Positions 1-8,779 of a DNA stretch of 34,245 nucleotides are shown piece after piece. Position 1 is the first letter of the stretch. Each line of letters opens with the position of its first letter. The stretch is taken from positions 1 through 34,245 of the IMG/VR virus record IMGVR_UViG_3300033067_000171; one strand, given 5' to 3'. The DNA comes from a virus. Its lineage: Duplodnaviria > Caudoviricetes. The position numbers were made by a program, and so were the translations under genes. Under the pieces are notes generated by a model, which was not told the origin of the DNA, did no database searches, and worked only from the letters and a program-made list of their open reading frames with translations.

Positions 1-1287
1 CTGCTGATGAACGTGCCACCCGGCTCCATGAAGTCCCTGCTGACCGGCGTGATCTGGCCAGCCTGGGAGTGGGGGCCTCGGGACATGCCCGAGATGCGCT
101 TTGTCGGTACGGCCCACGAAGAGCAGCTGGCCATCCGGGACAGCCGACGCTGCCGCGACCTGATCAAGTCCGACTGGTTCCAGAAGCTCTGGCCCATTGA
201 GCTGCTGGCCGACCTGGACGGCAAGCGCGAGTTCGGGAATACACGCAAAGGCGTGCGCCAGGCCCGAGCCTTCACCAGCATGACTGGTGTGCGTGGCGAC
301 CGCGTCATCCTGGACGACCCGATCAGCGCCGACAACGCCAACAGCCAGGCCAAGCTGGAGGCGGCCAAGATCGCATTCACCGAGACGCTGCCGACCCGCG
401 TCAACTCCGACAAGTCGGCCATTGTTGTAATCATGCAACGCTTGAACGAGAAGGACATTTCCGGCGTCATCAAGGAAATGGGCCTGCCTTACGTGCACCT
501 GTGCATCCCGATGCGCTTTGAGCCTGAGCACCGCTGCACCACCAGCATCGGCTGGACTGACCCGCGCACCAAGGAAGGTGAGCTCATGTTCCCCGAGCGC
601 TTTGGTGAAGCCCAGGTGTCAGAGCTGGAGAAAACCCTCGGCCCCTACGGCACGGCCGGACAGCTCCAGCAGCGGCCTGCGCCCCGTGGCGGCGGCATCA
701 TCAACACCGAGTGGTTCAAGTATTGGGCCAGCGTGCCGCAGCTCGAGTTCCGCTTCATCACCGTGGACACGGCCCAAAAGACCGCAGACCACAACGACTG
801 GTCGGTGCTGCAGTGCTGGGCGCGGTCGACCGTTGGACAGGCGGTCAAGATCGACCAGGTGCGCGGCAAGTGGGAGGCTCCAGAGCTGCTGATCAACGCC
901 AGGGCCTTCTGGCTCAAGCACCTGAACGACATGCGCCCGGTGGCCCAAGGCTCTGCCCTGCGCGGCATGTACGTGGAAGACAAGGTGTCCGGCACCGGCT
1001 TGATCCAGACCCTGCGGCGCGAGGGCATCCCTGTGGTGGCCGTGCAACGCAGCAAGGACAAGATCAGCCGAGGCTACGATGCGGCCCCGTTCATTGCCTC
1101 TGGCAACGTGGTGCTGCCGCAGGACGCGCCATGGCTTTCGGACTTCCTGAGCGAGGTTGCAGCTTTCCCGGCTGGCGCTCATGATGACCAGCTCGACCCG
1201 ATGTTCGACGCCATCAACCTGGTGCAGCGTCTCCCGGCCAACCGGACGGCAACGGTCAAACCATTGCCTACTGTGAACAAATGGTGA
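1..1287 (+). CDS. terL: Terminase large subunit, C-terminal portion (continues from 34066-34245)
   Basis: Walker A-like LLMNVPPGSMKS, Walker B VILDDP, coupling motif VIMQRL, nuclease acidic motifs ITVDTA, EDKVSG and HDDQLD; directly upstream of the portal. Confidence 0.95.
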   Translation: MLMNVPPGSMKSLLTGVIWPAWEWGPRDMPEMRFVGTAHEEQLAIRDSRRCRDLIKSDWFQKLWPIELLADLDGKREFGNTRKGVRQARAFTSMTGVRGDRVILDDPISADNANSQAKLEAAKIAFTETLPTRVNSDKSAIVVIMQRLNEKDISGVIKEMGLPYVHLCIPMRFEPEHRCTTSIGWTDPRTKEGELMFPERFGEAQVSELEKTLGPYGTAGQLQQRPAPRGGGIINTEWFKYWASVPQLEFRFITVDTAQKTADHNDWSVLQCWARSTVGQAVKIDQVRGKWEAPELLINARAFWLKHLNDMRPVAQGSALRGMYVEDKVSGTGLIQTLRREGIPVVAVQRSKDKISRGYDAAPFIASGNVVLPQDAPWLSDFLSEVAAFPAGAHDDQLDPMFDAINLVQRLPANRTATVKPLPTVNKW

Positions 1288-1314
1288 GAAAATACTTGAA
1301 ACGAGGGCAAAAAT

Positions 1315-3381
1315 ATGGCACGCATTTCACGAGATCAGCGACTGGCTAACGTACACGCCGAAGCGCTCGCGCAGTTCGACAACGTTCAGTCAGCGCTGCG
1401 GGACGAAAGGCTGCAATGCCTTCAAGACCGACGCTTCTACAGCTTGTCCGGTGCGCAGTGGGAAGGCCCACTGTGGGACATCTACGAGAACAAGCCGAAG
1501 TTCGAAGTCAACAAGATCATGCTGTCGGTCATTCGCATCATCAACGAATACCGCAACAACCGCATCACCGTGGACTACGTGGCCAAGGACGGCAGCAAGT
1601 CCGACAAGCTGGCCGAAACCTGTGATGGTCTGTATCGCGCCGACGAGCAAGACAGCGTAGCCGATGAAGCCTACGACAACGCCTTTGAGGAGGCTGTGGG
1701 CGGCGGCTTTGGTGCCTGGCGTCTGCGCACATCCTACGAGGACGACGAGGACGAGGACAACGAGCGCCAGCGCATCCAGATCGAGCCGATCTTCGATGCC
1801 GACAGCTCCGTGTTCTTTGACCTGAACGCCAAGCGCCAGGACAAGGCCGACGCCCGTTTCTGCTACGTCATCTACTCGATGACCTATGAGTCCTACAAGG
1901 AAGAGTGGAACGACGATCCGACCAGCTGGCCAAAGATCATCCACCAGTACGAGTTCGACTGGTGCACGCCTGATGTGGTCTACATCGCTGAATACTACAA
2001 GGTCGAGGACGTTACCGAGACCATCCGCATCTTCCGCAACATCGACGGCACAGAGGAACGCTACCGCGCCAAGGACTTTGAAGACGATCCAGAGCTTGAA
2101 AACACCCTGGCCGCCATTGGCAGCCAAGAGGTGCGCCAGCGCAAGATCAAGTCGCGCAAGGTGCACAAGTACATCATGTCCGGTGGCCGCATCCTTGAGG
2201 ACGCTGGCTACATCGCAGGCAAGTGCATCCCGATCATTCCGGTCTACGGCAAGCGATGGTTTGTGGATAACGTCGAGCGCTGCATGGGCCACGTTCGCTT
2301 GGCCAAGGACGCGCAGCGCCTGAAGAACATGCAGCTGTCCAAGCTGGGTGAGATCAGCGCCCTGTCCAGCGTCGAGAAGCCCATCCTCACGCCTGAGCAG
2401 GTCGCTGGCCACCAGGTCATGTGGGCAGAGGACAACCTCAAGGATTACCCTTACCTGCTGATTAACCCGATCACCGGCCCGGATGGCAGCCAGACTGTCA
2501 GCGGCCCCGTGGCGTACACCCGCGCCCCGAACGTGCCTCCGGCCATGGCAGCCCTGCTGCAGGTGACCGAGCAGGACATGCAGGACATTCTGGGCAACCC
2601 GCAAGGCGCAGACAAGCTGGTGTCGAACATCAGCGGCAAAGCTGTGGAGATGATCCAGCAGCGCTTGGACATGCAGACGTTCATCTACATGAGCAACTTT
2701 GCGAAGGCCATGAAGCGCTGCGGCGAGGTCTGGCTGTCGATGGCCAAGGACATCTACATCGAAGAAGGCCGCACGATGAAGATCATCAACGAGGACGAGA
2801 GCACTGGCACCGTCACGCTGATGCAGCCCACCATCGACCAGGAGACTGGCGAGGTGCGCATGGCCAACGATCTGAGCATGGCCAAGTTCGATGTGAACGT
2901 CGAGGTCGGCCCGTCCAGCAGCTCCAAGCGTGCCGCGACCGTCCGTGCCCTGACCGGCATGATGCAGATCACGCAAGACCCCGAAACCCTGCAGGTGCTC
3001 GGTGCCATGGCCATGATGAACATGGAAGGCGAAGGCATCAGCGAGGTGCGCGACTTCTTCCGCCAGCGCCTGATTCGCATGGGCGTGGTCAAGCCGACCG
3101 AGCAGGAGATCGAGGCACTCATGGCCGAGGCCGAATCCAAGGGTCAGCAGCAAGACCCGAACGCCATCTTCCTGCAGGCTGCAGCCGAAGAGGCCGTGGC
3201 CAAGGCTGCCCAGGCACGTGCCAACACCATCAAGACCGTGGCCGACGCAGAGCTGTCCCGCGCCAAGACGGCCGAGACCCTGGCCAAGACTGGCGAGATC
3301 GATCAGAACATGGCGCTGACCGCCACAGAGGCGATTCAGCAGGCTGCGCTTGGCGAACAAGTGCAACCCGTTGTCAGATGA
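1315..3381 (+). CDS. Portal protein, P22 gp1-like
   Basis: 688 aa after terL; DRRFY..GAQW, KFEVNKI, GGFGAWR and AKDAQRLKN motifs; helical Ala/Gln-rich C-terminal barrel. Confidence 0.92.
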   Translation: MARISRDQRLANVHAEALAQFDNVQSALRDERLQCLQDRRFYSLSGAQWEGPLWDIYENKPKFEVNKIMLSVIRIINEYRNNRITVDYVAKDGSKSDKLAETCDGLYRADEQDSVADEAYDNAFEEAVGGGFGAWRLRTSYEDDEDEDNERQRIQIEPIFDADSSVFFDLNAKRQDKADARFCYVIYSMTYESYKEEWNDDPTSWPKIIHQYEFDWCTPDVVYIAEYYKVEDVTETIRIFRNIDGTEERYRAKDFEDDPELENTLAAIGSQEVRQRKIKSRKVHKYIMSGGRILEDAGYIAGKCIPIIPVYGKRWFVDNVERCMGHVRLAKDAQRLKNMQLSKLGEISALSSVEKPILTPEQVAGHQVMWAEDNLKDYPYLLINPITGPDGSQTVSGPVAYTRAPNVPPAMAALLQVTEQDMQDILGNPQGADKLVSNISGKAVEMIQQRLDMQTFIYMSNFAKAMKRCGEVWLSMAKDIYIEEGRTMKIINEDESTGTVTLMQPTIDQETGEVRMANDLSMAKFDVNVEVGPSSSSKRAATVRALTGMMQITQDPETLQVLGAMAMMNMEGEGISEVRDFFRQRLIRMGVVKPTEQEIEALMAEAESKGQQQDPNAIFLQAAAEEAVAKAAQARANTIKTVADAELSRAKTAETLAKTGEIDQNMALTATEAIQQAALGEQVQPVVR

Positions 3382-3459
3382 CAGCGTTTTAGTGGAGAAT
3401 GTGGTTATACGGAATCCCACCCAGCCGTTTCAAATGGGTGAGTTAAATGGGGTATTTGA

Positions 3460-4347
3460 ATGAACAAAAAGGCAGAATTTGGAGATGAGAGCAACGACGA
3501 CGAAACCGTAGTGGTCGAAGATCAGGAAGAGGAAATCGAGACTGAGCAAGTGGCTGGTGAGCAAGATTCCACCGGCGACCAGGGCGATGCCGAATCCGGC
3601 GACAACGAAGGCGACGACGACGAAGTGATCGTTTCCATTGGTGAGGAAGCGCCACCTCCCGATGAGCACGCTCAGGCACCTGGTTGGGTGAAAGAGCTGC
3701 GTAAGGCAAACCGTGAGAAGGAAAAACGCATTCGTGAACTCGAAGCGAAGCTGAACCAAACGACTGAGAAAAAGCCGGTCGCACTTGGTGCAAAGCCGAA
3801 GCTGGAGGACTACGAATACGACGCAGACCGATTCGAGACTGCACTGGCAGACTGGTTCGAGCGCAAGCGCCAAGCCGACGCCGAGGTTGAAAAATCTCGC
3901 CAGGCCGAGCAAGCGCAACAGCGAGCATGGCAGGAAAAGCTCGAAGGGTACGGCAAGGCGAAAGCTGAGCTGCGCGTGCGAGACTTTGAGGACGCCGAGG
4001 CTGTGGCCCAGGAACTCTTCAACGTCACGCAACAGGGCGTCGTGCTGCAAGGCGCGGACAATCCGGCACTGGTGATTTACGCACTCGGCAAGAACCCGAA
4101 GAAGGCGGCAGAGCTGGCCAAAATTGAAGACCCCGTAAAGTTTGCCTTTGCGGTAGCGAAACTGGAGAAGGAATTGAAAGTTACGAACCGTAAGGCAGCC
4201 CCTGCACCCGAAAGGATGGTCAGCTCAACTGGCCGAGTTTCTGGCGCTGTGGACTCAACCCTAGAACGGCTGCGTGCTGAAGCTGAAAAGACTGGCAACT
4301 ACACCAAGGTGCTCCAGTACAAGCGACAGAAAGCAGCTAAAAACTGA
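3460..4347 (+). CDS. Scaffolding protein
   Basis: Acidic N-terminus, coiled coil and basic C-terminal helix (YKRQKAAKN); lies between portal and coat. Confidence 0.85.
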   Translation: MNKKAEFGDESNDDETVVVEDQEEEIETEQVAGEQDSTGDQGDAESGDNEGDDDEVIVSIGEEAPPPDEHAQAPGWVKELRKANREKEKRIRELEAKLNQTTEKKPVALGAKPKLEDYEYDADRFETALADWFERKRQADAEVEKSRQAEQAQQRAWQEKLEGYGKAKAELRVRDFEDAEAVAQELFNVTQQGVVLQGADNPALVIYALGKNPKKAAELAKIEDPVKFAFAVAKLEKELKVTNRKAAPAPERMVSSTGRVSGAVDSTLERLRAEAEKTGNYTKVLQYKRQKAAKN

Positions 4348-4371
4348 CATTTTTTGAAATAGGAGCCCATC

Positions 4372-5658
4372 ATGGCCAATAGTTTTTCCAAAGAAGAACG
4401 CGTAGCGTTCGAAGACCTCCTCGAAGGTTTCCAGGATGCCCTGGTTCTGTCCCGCAACGTCTCGGTCTACCAGACCGACCAGACGATGATGGAACGTGCC
4501 AACAACACCATCTGGCGTCCCCAGCCCTACATCGCTCAGTCGATCAACAGCACTCCTGGCACGCCAATTCCCGGCTACCAGGGCATGACGCAGTTGGCCG
4601 TGCCTGCGACCCTGGGCTTCAGCAAGACCGTCCCTTGGGAAATGACCTCCCTCGAGCTGCGCGATGCGCTGCAAGAAGGTCGCCTGGGCAAGTCCGCCAA
4701 GCAAAAGCTGGCCAGCGACATCAACGTCGCCATCATGAACGCAGCCGCTGGTCTGGGTTCGCTGGTGGTGCCGATTGCCGCTGCTGCTGGTGACTATGAC
4801 GACGTTGCCCTGTGCGACGCCATCATGAACGAGCAAGGCGTGCCTGACTACGATCGCTTTATGGCTTTGTCCAGCCGCGACTACAACGGTCTGGCTGGCA
4901 ACCTGGTTGGCACCGCACGTTCGTTCGGCAACCAGAAGTCTGACAAGGCTTACGAGCGCTCTTACGTCGGCATGGTCGCTGGCTTCGAGACCTACAAGAT
5001 GGACTACGCCAACCGTCAGCTCGCTGCTGCTGGTGGTGGTGCCATCACCATCGACACCGATGGCGCAGGCACCCAGGCCAACTACACGCCCCAGGCTAAC
5101 TCGACCTCTGTCGGCGGCCAGATCAACGTGGACAACCGCTTCCAGACTGTGACTGTGAGCTCTTCGACCAACGTCCGTGTTGGTGATTCGTTCACCATCG
5201 GCGGCGTGTTCGCTGTGCATCACATCACCAAGCAGTCCACTGGCCAGCTCAAGACCTTCCGCGTCGTGAGCGTGCCTGCAGGCGGCACCACTCTGGTGAT
5301 CACTCCCCCGATCATCGGCGCACAAGGCGTGGCTCCGACCGACGCCCAGCTGCAGTACAAGAACGTGGAAGTTGCCACGCCTTCGAACACAGCTGCCATC
5401 ACCTTCCTGAACGTGAACACCGCACAGGTCAACGTGTTCTGGCAGCGTGATTCGCTGGAAATTCTGCCTGGCCGTTATGCCGTGCCTTCCGATGCTGGCG
5501 TCGCAGTGATGCGTGCCACCACCGACCAGGGCATCGAGCTGGTGATGCAGAAGTTCTACGACATTGACAGCATGACCATCAAGTACCGCATGGACACGCT
5601 GTTCGGTGTTGTGAACAAGAACCCCGAGATGTCTGGCATCTTGTTGTTCAACCAGTAA
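4372..5658 (+). CDS. Major capsid protein, P22 gp5-like
   Basis: 428 aa; MANSFSKEERVAFE start, KQKLASDIN, RMDTLFGV..NPEMSG; strong RBS (AGGAG), biased codons and a downstream terminator. Confidence 0.93.
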   Translation: MANSFSKEERVAFEDLLEGFQDALVLSRNVSVYQTDQTMMERANNTIWRPQPYIAQSINSTPGTPIPGYQGMTQLAVPATLGFSKTVPWEMTSLELRDALQEGRLGKSAKQKLASDINVAIMNAAAGLGSLVVPIAAAAGDYDDVALCDAIMNEQGVPDYDRFMALSSRDYNGLAGNLVGTARSFGNQKSDKAYERSYVGMVAGFETYKMDYANRQLAAAGGGAITIDTDGAGTQANYTPQANSTSVGGQINVDNRFQTVTVSSSTNVRVGDSFTIGGVFAVHHITKQSTGQLKTFRVVSVPAGGTTLVITPPIIGAQGVAPTDAQLQYKNVEVATPSNTAAITFLNVNTAQVNVFWQRDSLEILPGRYAVPSDAGVAVMRATTDQGIELVMQKFYDIDSMTIKYRMDTLFGVVNKNPEMSGILLFNQ

Positions 5659-5672
5659 ACTGGTGAAAGACT

Positions 5673-5695
5673 GGGGGGCTCCGGCCCCCCTTTCT
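5673..5695 (+). terminator. Probable intrinsic terminator after the coat gene
   Basis: GGGGGGC-TCCG-GCCCCCC hairpin followed by TTTCT. Confidence 0.75.
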
Positions 5696-5710
5696 GCATA
5701 GGAGCTCAAA

Positions 5711-5881
5711 ATGCCACTGACCAAAGGTTACTCAAGCAAGTCCATCGGGAAGAACATCTCGAAGGAAATGAAGTCTGGCAAGCCGCAAAAGCAGGCTGTG
5801 GCCATCGCTTTGAACGTCGCCACCAAAGCCGCCAAGGCTGCTGGCAAGCCCAGCAAAGCGCCCAAGAAGGCCAAGAAATGA
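5711..5881 (+). CDS. Small Lys-rich basic protein (56 aa), absent from the ORF track
   Basis: AGGAG RBS; MPLTKGYSSKSIGKNISKEMKSGKPQKQAVAIALNVATKAAKAAGKPSKAPKKAKK. Confidence 0.8.
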   Translation: MPLTKGYSSKSIGKNISKEMKSGKPQKQAVAIALNVATKAAKAAGKPSKAPKKAKK

Positions 5882-6042
5882 AGTCCGGCCTGTATGCCAA
5901 CATTCACGCCAAGCGTGAGCGCATCGAGCGCCAGAAGGCTGCAGGTAAGACGCCTGAGCGCATGCGCAAGCCAGGCACAAAAGGTGCGCCAACCGCTGCC
6001 GCTTTCAAGGCCGCAGCCAAGACCAGAAAGAAGGCCAAGTGA
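5878..6042 (+). CDS. Small Lys/Arg-rich basic protein (54 aa), absent from the ORF track
   Basis: ATGA overlap with the previous gene; MKSGLYANIHAKRERIERQKAAGKTPERMRKPGTKGAPTAAAFKAAAKTRKKAK. Confidence 0.8.
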   Translation: MKSGLYANIHAKRERIERQKAAGKTPERMRKPGTKGAPTAAAFKAAAKTRKKAK

Positions 6043-6335
6043 TGGAAGAGAACATCCTCGCGCCCAAGTGGGCCAAGAACAAAAAACCTATTAAAAAGCG
6101 CAAGCCGTCCAATCCAATCGACGGCATCAATCACCGCCTGATGGCCGAGCAGGTCACCAAGGTGCTGCAAGAAGTTGCAGTCGAAGTCTCGGCCGTGCCC
6201 GATGACAACGCAGCGCCCACCCGCATCGAGCTGATCGAAAAGGCCAAAGAACTCGGCCTGACGTTCACCAAGCGCACCAGCGACGAGAAGTTGCTGGCCA
6301 TGATCACCGAAGCACTCAGCAAGCAGGAGGCCTGA
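6042..6335 (+). CDS. Hypothetical protein with a C-terminal HeH/LEM-like helical motif
   Basis: TGATG overlap; PTRIELIEKAKELGLTFTKRTSDEKLLAMI. Confidence 0.7.
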   Translation: MEENILAPKWAKNKKPIKKRKPSNPIDGINHRLMAEQVTKVLQEVAVEVSAVPDDNAAPTRIELIEKAKELGLTFTKRTSDEKLLAMITEALSKQEA

Positions 6336-6336
6336 T

Positions 6337-6819
6337 ATGGGTTACAGCAAGCGCCAGTTCGTTGCAGCCGCATTCGAGGAAATCGGCCTTGCGTCCTATG
6401 TCTTCGACCTGCAATCCGAGCAACTTCAATCCGCCATGCGTCGCATCGATGCCATGATGGCCGACTGGAACGGCAAAGGAATTCGTCTGGGCTACCCACT
6501 GCCAGGCAGCCCACAGGACAGCGACCTCGATGAGCCGACGCTGGTTCCTGACTGGGCAAATGAGGCCATCATCACGAATGCAGCTATTCGCATTGCACCT
6601 GGCTTCGGCAAGGTGGTGATGCCTGAGACCAAGGCCGTGGCCAAGGACAGCTACAACACCCTGCTGCAGCGTGCGACCGCACCAATCCCGCAGCAGATGC
6701 CCGTCACCATGCCGTCTGGCGCTGGCAACAAGCCATGGCGCGTGTACGACAACCCATTCCTGCGTCCTCCGGTCGATCCGGTCACCGCAGGCCCGGACGG
6801 CCCCATCGAGTACAACTGA
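6337..6819 (+). CDS. Head-to-tail adaptor, P22 gp4-like
   Basis: 160 aa; SAMRRIDAMMADW..KGIRLGY, NAAIRIAPGFG and MPSGAGNK motifs; position after coat. Confidence 0.8.
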   Translation: MGYSKRQFVAAAFEEIGLASYVFDLQSEQLQSAMRRIDAMMADWNGKGIRLGYPLPGSPQDSDLDEPTLVPDWANEAIITNAAIRIAPGFGKVVMPETKAVAKDSYNTLLQRATAPIPQQMPVTMPSGAGNKPWRVYDNPFLRPPVDPVTAGPDGPIEYN

Positions 6820-6828
6820 GGACAAACC

Positions 6829-7284
6829 ATGCCACAAATCAACCAACTGCCGCTGCTGCTCCAGGCTTCCACTGGCGATCAGATTCCCGTCTACACTCCG
6901 AACAATGGCGACGCACGACGCCTGCCTATCGGTGCGCTGCTGACTTATTTCCAGCAGACCTTTGCGGCCCCGACGCTGGCCACCAGCATTTCGACGCCCG
7001 GCACCGGCTTCAACATCACCGTGCCGACCCCTGTCAGCCAGCAGCAGTGGATGCTGATTCAGCCTGCTGGCACGCTGGCCTCTGGCACCGTGACCCTGCC
7101 GCTGAACACCCAGACGCCCGACGGCACTGAGGTGCTGATCACCACCACCCAGCAGATCACCGCCTTCACTCTGGCGCTGAACGGCGCAGCTGCAGCCTAC
7201 GGCGACCCGAGCACACTGGCAGCCGAGGACTTCTTCCGCATGCGCTTTGTGCAATCCCTCAACAGCTGGTATCGCATCGCTTAA
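6829..7284 (+). CDS. Putative virion structural protein
   Basis: GAGG RBS; Thr-rich beta-type composition; inside the late operon. Confidence 0.7.
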   Translation: MPQINQLPLLLQASTGDQIPVYTPNNGDARRLPIGALLTYFQQTFAAPTLATSISTPGTGFNITVPTPVSQQQWMLIQPAGTLASGTVTLPLNTQTPDGTEVLITTTQQITAFTLALNGAAAAYGDPSTLAAEDFFRMRFVQSLNSWYRIA

Positions 7285-7298
7285 CTTAGGAGCCAATC

Positions 7299-8486
7299 AT
7301 GTTCATTCAGCCAAACAAAACCATCGGTGAGTTCGACATTCTGGTTCCGAACGGCCAGTCGATCAGCATCGGCAGCACCGGCGACGAGCCAACCGTCGTT
7401 CAAATCCAGACCGCCAGTCCTGGCGTGCAGCCGTGGATTTACACCACGCTGGCTACCCTGGACAACAGCGCTCAAACCTTCGGCCCGTATGGCCAAGATC
7501 GCACCATCCGCATCCAGAACCGCAATGCCACCGTCGAATATGACGTCGGCACGCAGCCCAAGCTGCGCAGCTTCCCGGCCTTGGTGCTTGGCAGCCTGAC
7601 GCCTGTCAGCCTGGTCGAACCTGCTGCAACTTTCACCACCCTGACCTATGCCGATGATTCTGGCAACGTCAAACTGGTGAGCGCTGGCGTGCATGGCCTG
7701 ACCAACGCAGTGGCTCAAGGCGCGAGCCTGTATGTCACATGGACTGGTGGCACTGCTTCTACCGGCTTCTATGAAGTCCTGGACGCTGACACCGACACAG
7801 AAGAAGTCACCATCGATCTGCCTTACATCGACGCAACCGTGACCATCACCATTGCTGCACCTGGCGTGGTGACTTGGGCAAATCATGGCTTGGCTGTCAA
7901 TGACACGATCCGCTTCACCACCACAGGCGCACTGCCCACTGGCTTGGCAATCAACACGACCTACTACGTCAAGGAAGTGCTGTCTGCCAACACCTTCACC
8001 GTGTCTTCCTCTGCAGGAGGCGCAGCCATCACCACCAGTGGCACTCAGTCTGGCACACAAACCGCATTGGTTTGGTACGGCACCGCAGTCGCTGCAGTGG
8101 CCAACACCGCTGTCACCTTGGCGTCTGTCGTTGTTCCCGGCTGGTCTATGGGCGTCGGTGGTGGCATCGAGATCGATGCGCTCTATACCCTTACCAACAG
8201 CGCGTCGGCCAAAAACATCGGCATGACCTATGGCGGCGGCGTGCTCATGGCAGTTGGCGCTGCAAGCAACGCCAGTGCCTGCGCTCAAAAGCTCATGTGC
8301 AATCGTGGCAGCTCGCAGATCATCAGTAATGCCGCCAACCAGGTCGGCCATGGCTTGTCCACAGGCGCAAACGTTGTGCTGACAGTGGATGCCACCCAGG
8401 ATCAGACGTTTGCTTTCACGGCACAACCCGCGGCGGCCAACAACGTGGTCACGCTGGAAGCCTACAAGCTCTACATCAGCTTCTGA
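7299..8486 (+). CDS. Putative virion decoration/fibre protein with FCCH-like beta repeats
   Basis: AGGAG RBS; T/A/G-rich; HGL-containing repeats such as VTWANHGLAVNDTIRF...TYYVK...NTFTVS. Confidence 0.7.
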   Translation: MFIQPNKTIGEFDILVPNGQSISIGSTGDEPTVVQIQTASPGVQPWIYTTLATLDNSAQTFGPYGQDRTIRIQNRNATVEYDVGTQPKLRSFPALVLGSLTPVSLVEPAATFTTLTYADDSGNVKLVSAGVHGLTNAVAQGASLYVTWTGGTASTGFYEVLDADTDTEEVTIDLPYIDATVTITIAAPGVVTWANHGLAVNDTIRFTTTGALPTGLAINTTYYVKEVLSANTFTVSSSAGGAAITTSGTQSGTQTALVWYGTAVAAVANTAVTLASVVVPGWSMGVGGGIEIDALYTLTNSASAKNIGMTYGGGVLMAVGAASNASACAQKLMCNRGSSQIISNAANQVGHGLSTGANVVLTVDATQDQTFAFTAQPAAANNVVTLEAYKLYISF

Positions 8487-8488
8487 CC

Positions 8489-8776
8489 ATGGCCACAAAA
8501 AAAGACCCGCGTCTGGCTCGCGTCGGTGTGGATGGCTTCAACAAGCCCAAACGCACACCGTCGCACCCGACCAAATCCCACGTCGTGGTGGCCAAGGATG
8601 GCGACCAGGTCAAGACCATCCGTTTTGGCCAGCAGGGCGTGTCCGGGTCTCCGAAGCGCGAAGGTGAGTCCAAGGCGGACAAAGCCAGGCGCGAATCATT
8701 CAAAGCTAGGCACGCTGAGAACATCGCCAAGGGCAAGATGAGCGCAGCGTATTGGGCCAACAAGGTCAAGTGGTGA
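8489..8776 (+). CDS. Small basic hypothetical protein
   Basis: 95 aa, K/R-rich; KTIRFGQQG, RRESFKARH and SAAYWANKVKW; tightly packed in the operon. Confidence 0.75.
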   Translation: MATKKDPRLARVGVDGFNKPKRTPSHPTKSHVVVAKDGDQVKTIRFGQQGVSGSPKREGESKADKARRESFKARHAENIAKGKMSAAYWANKVKW

Positions 8777-8779
8777 TCC

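Noticed and set aside
1390-5724. Long minus-strand ORFs opposite the portal (676 aa) and coat (487 aa)
   Set aside because: Same antisense-shadow effect in GC-rich coding DNA
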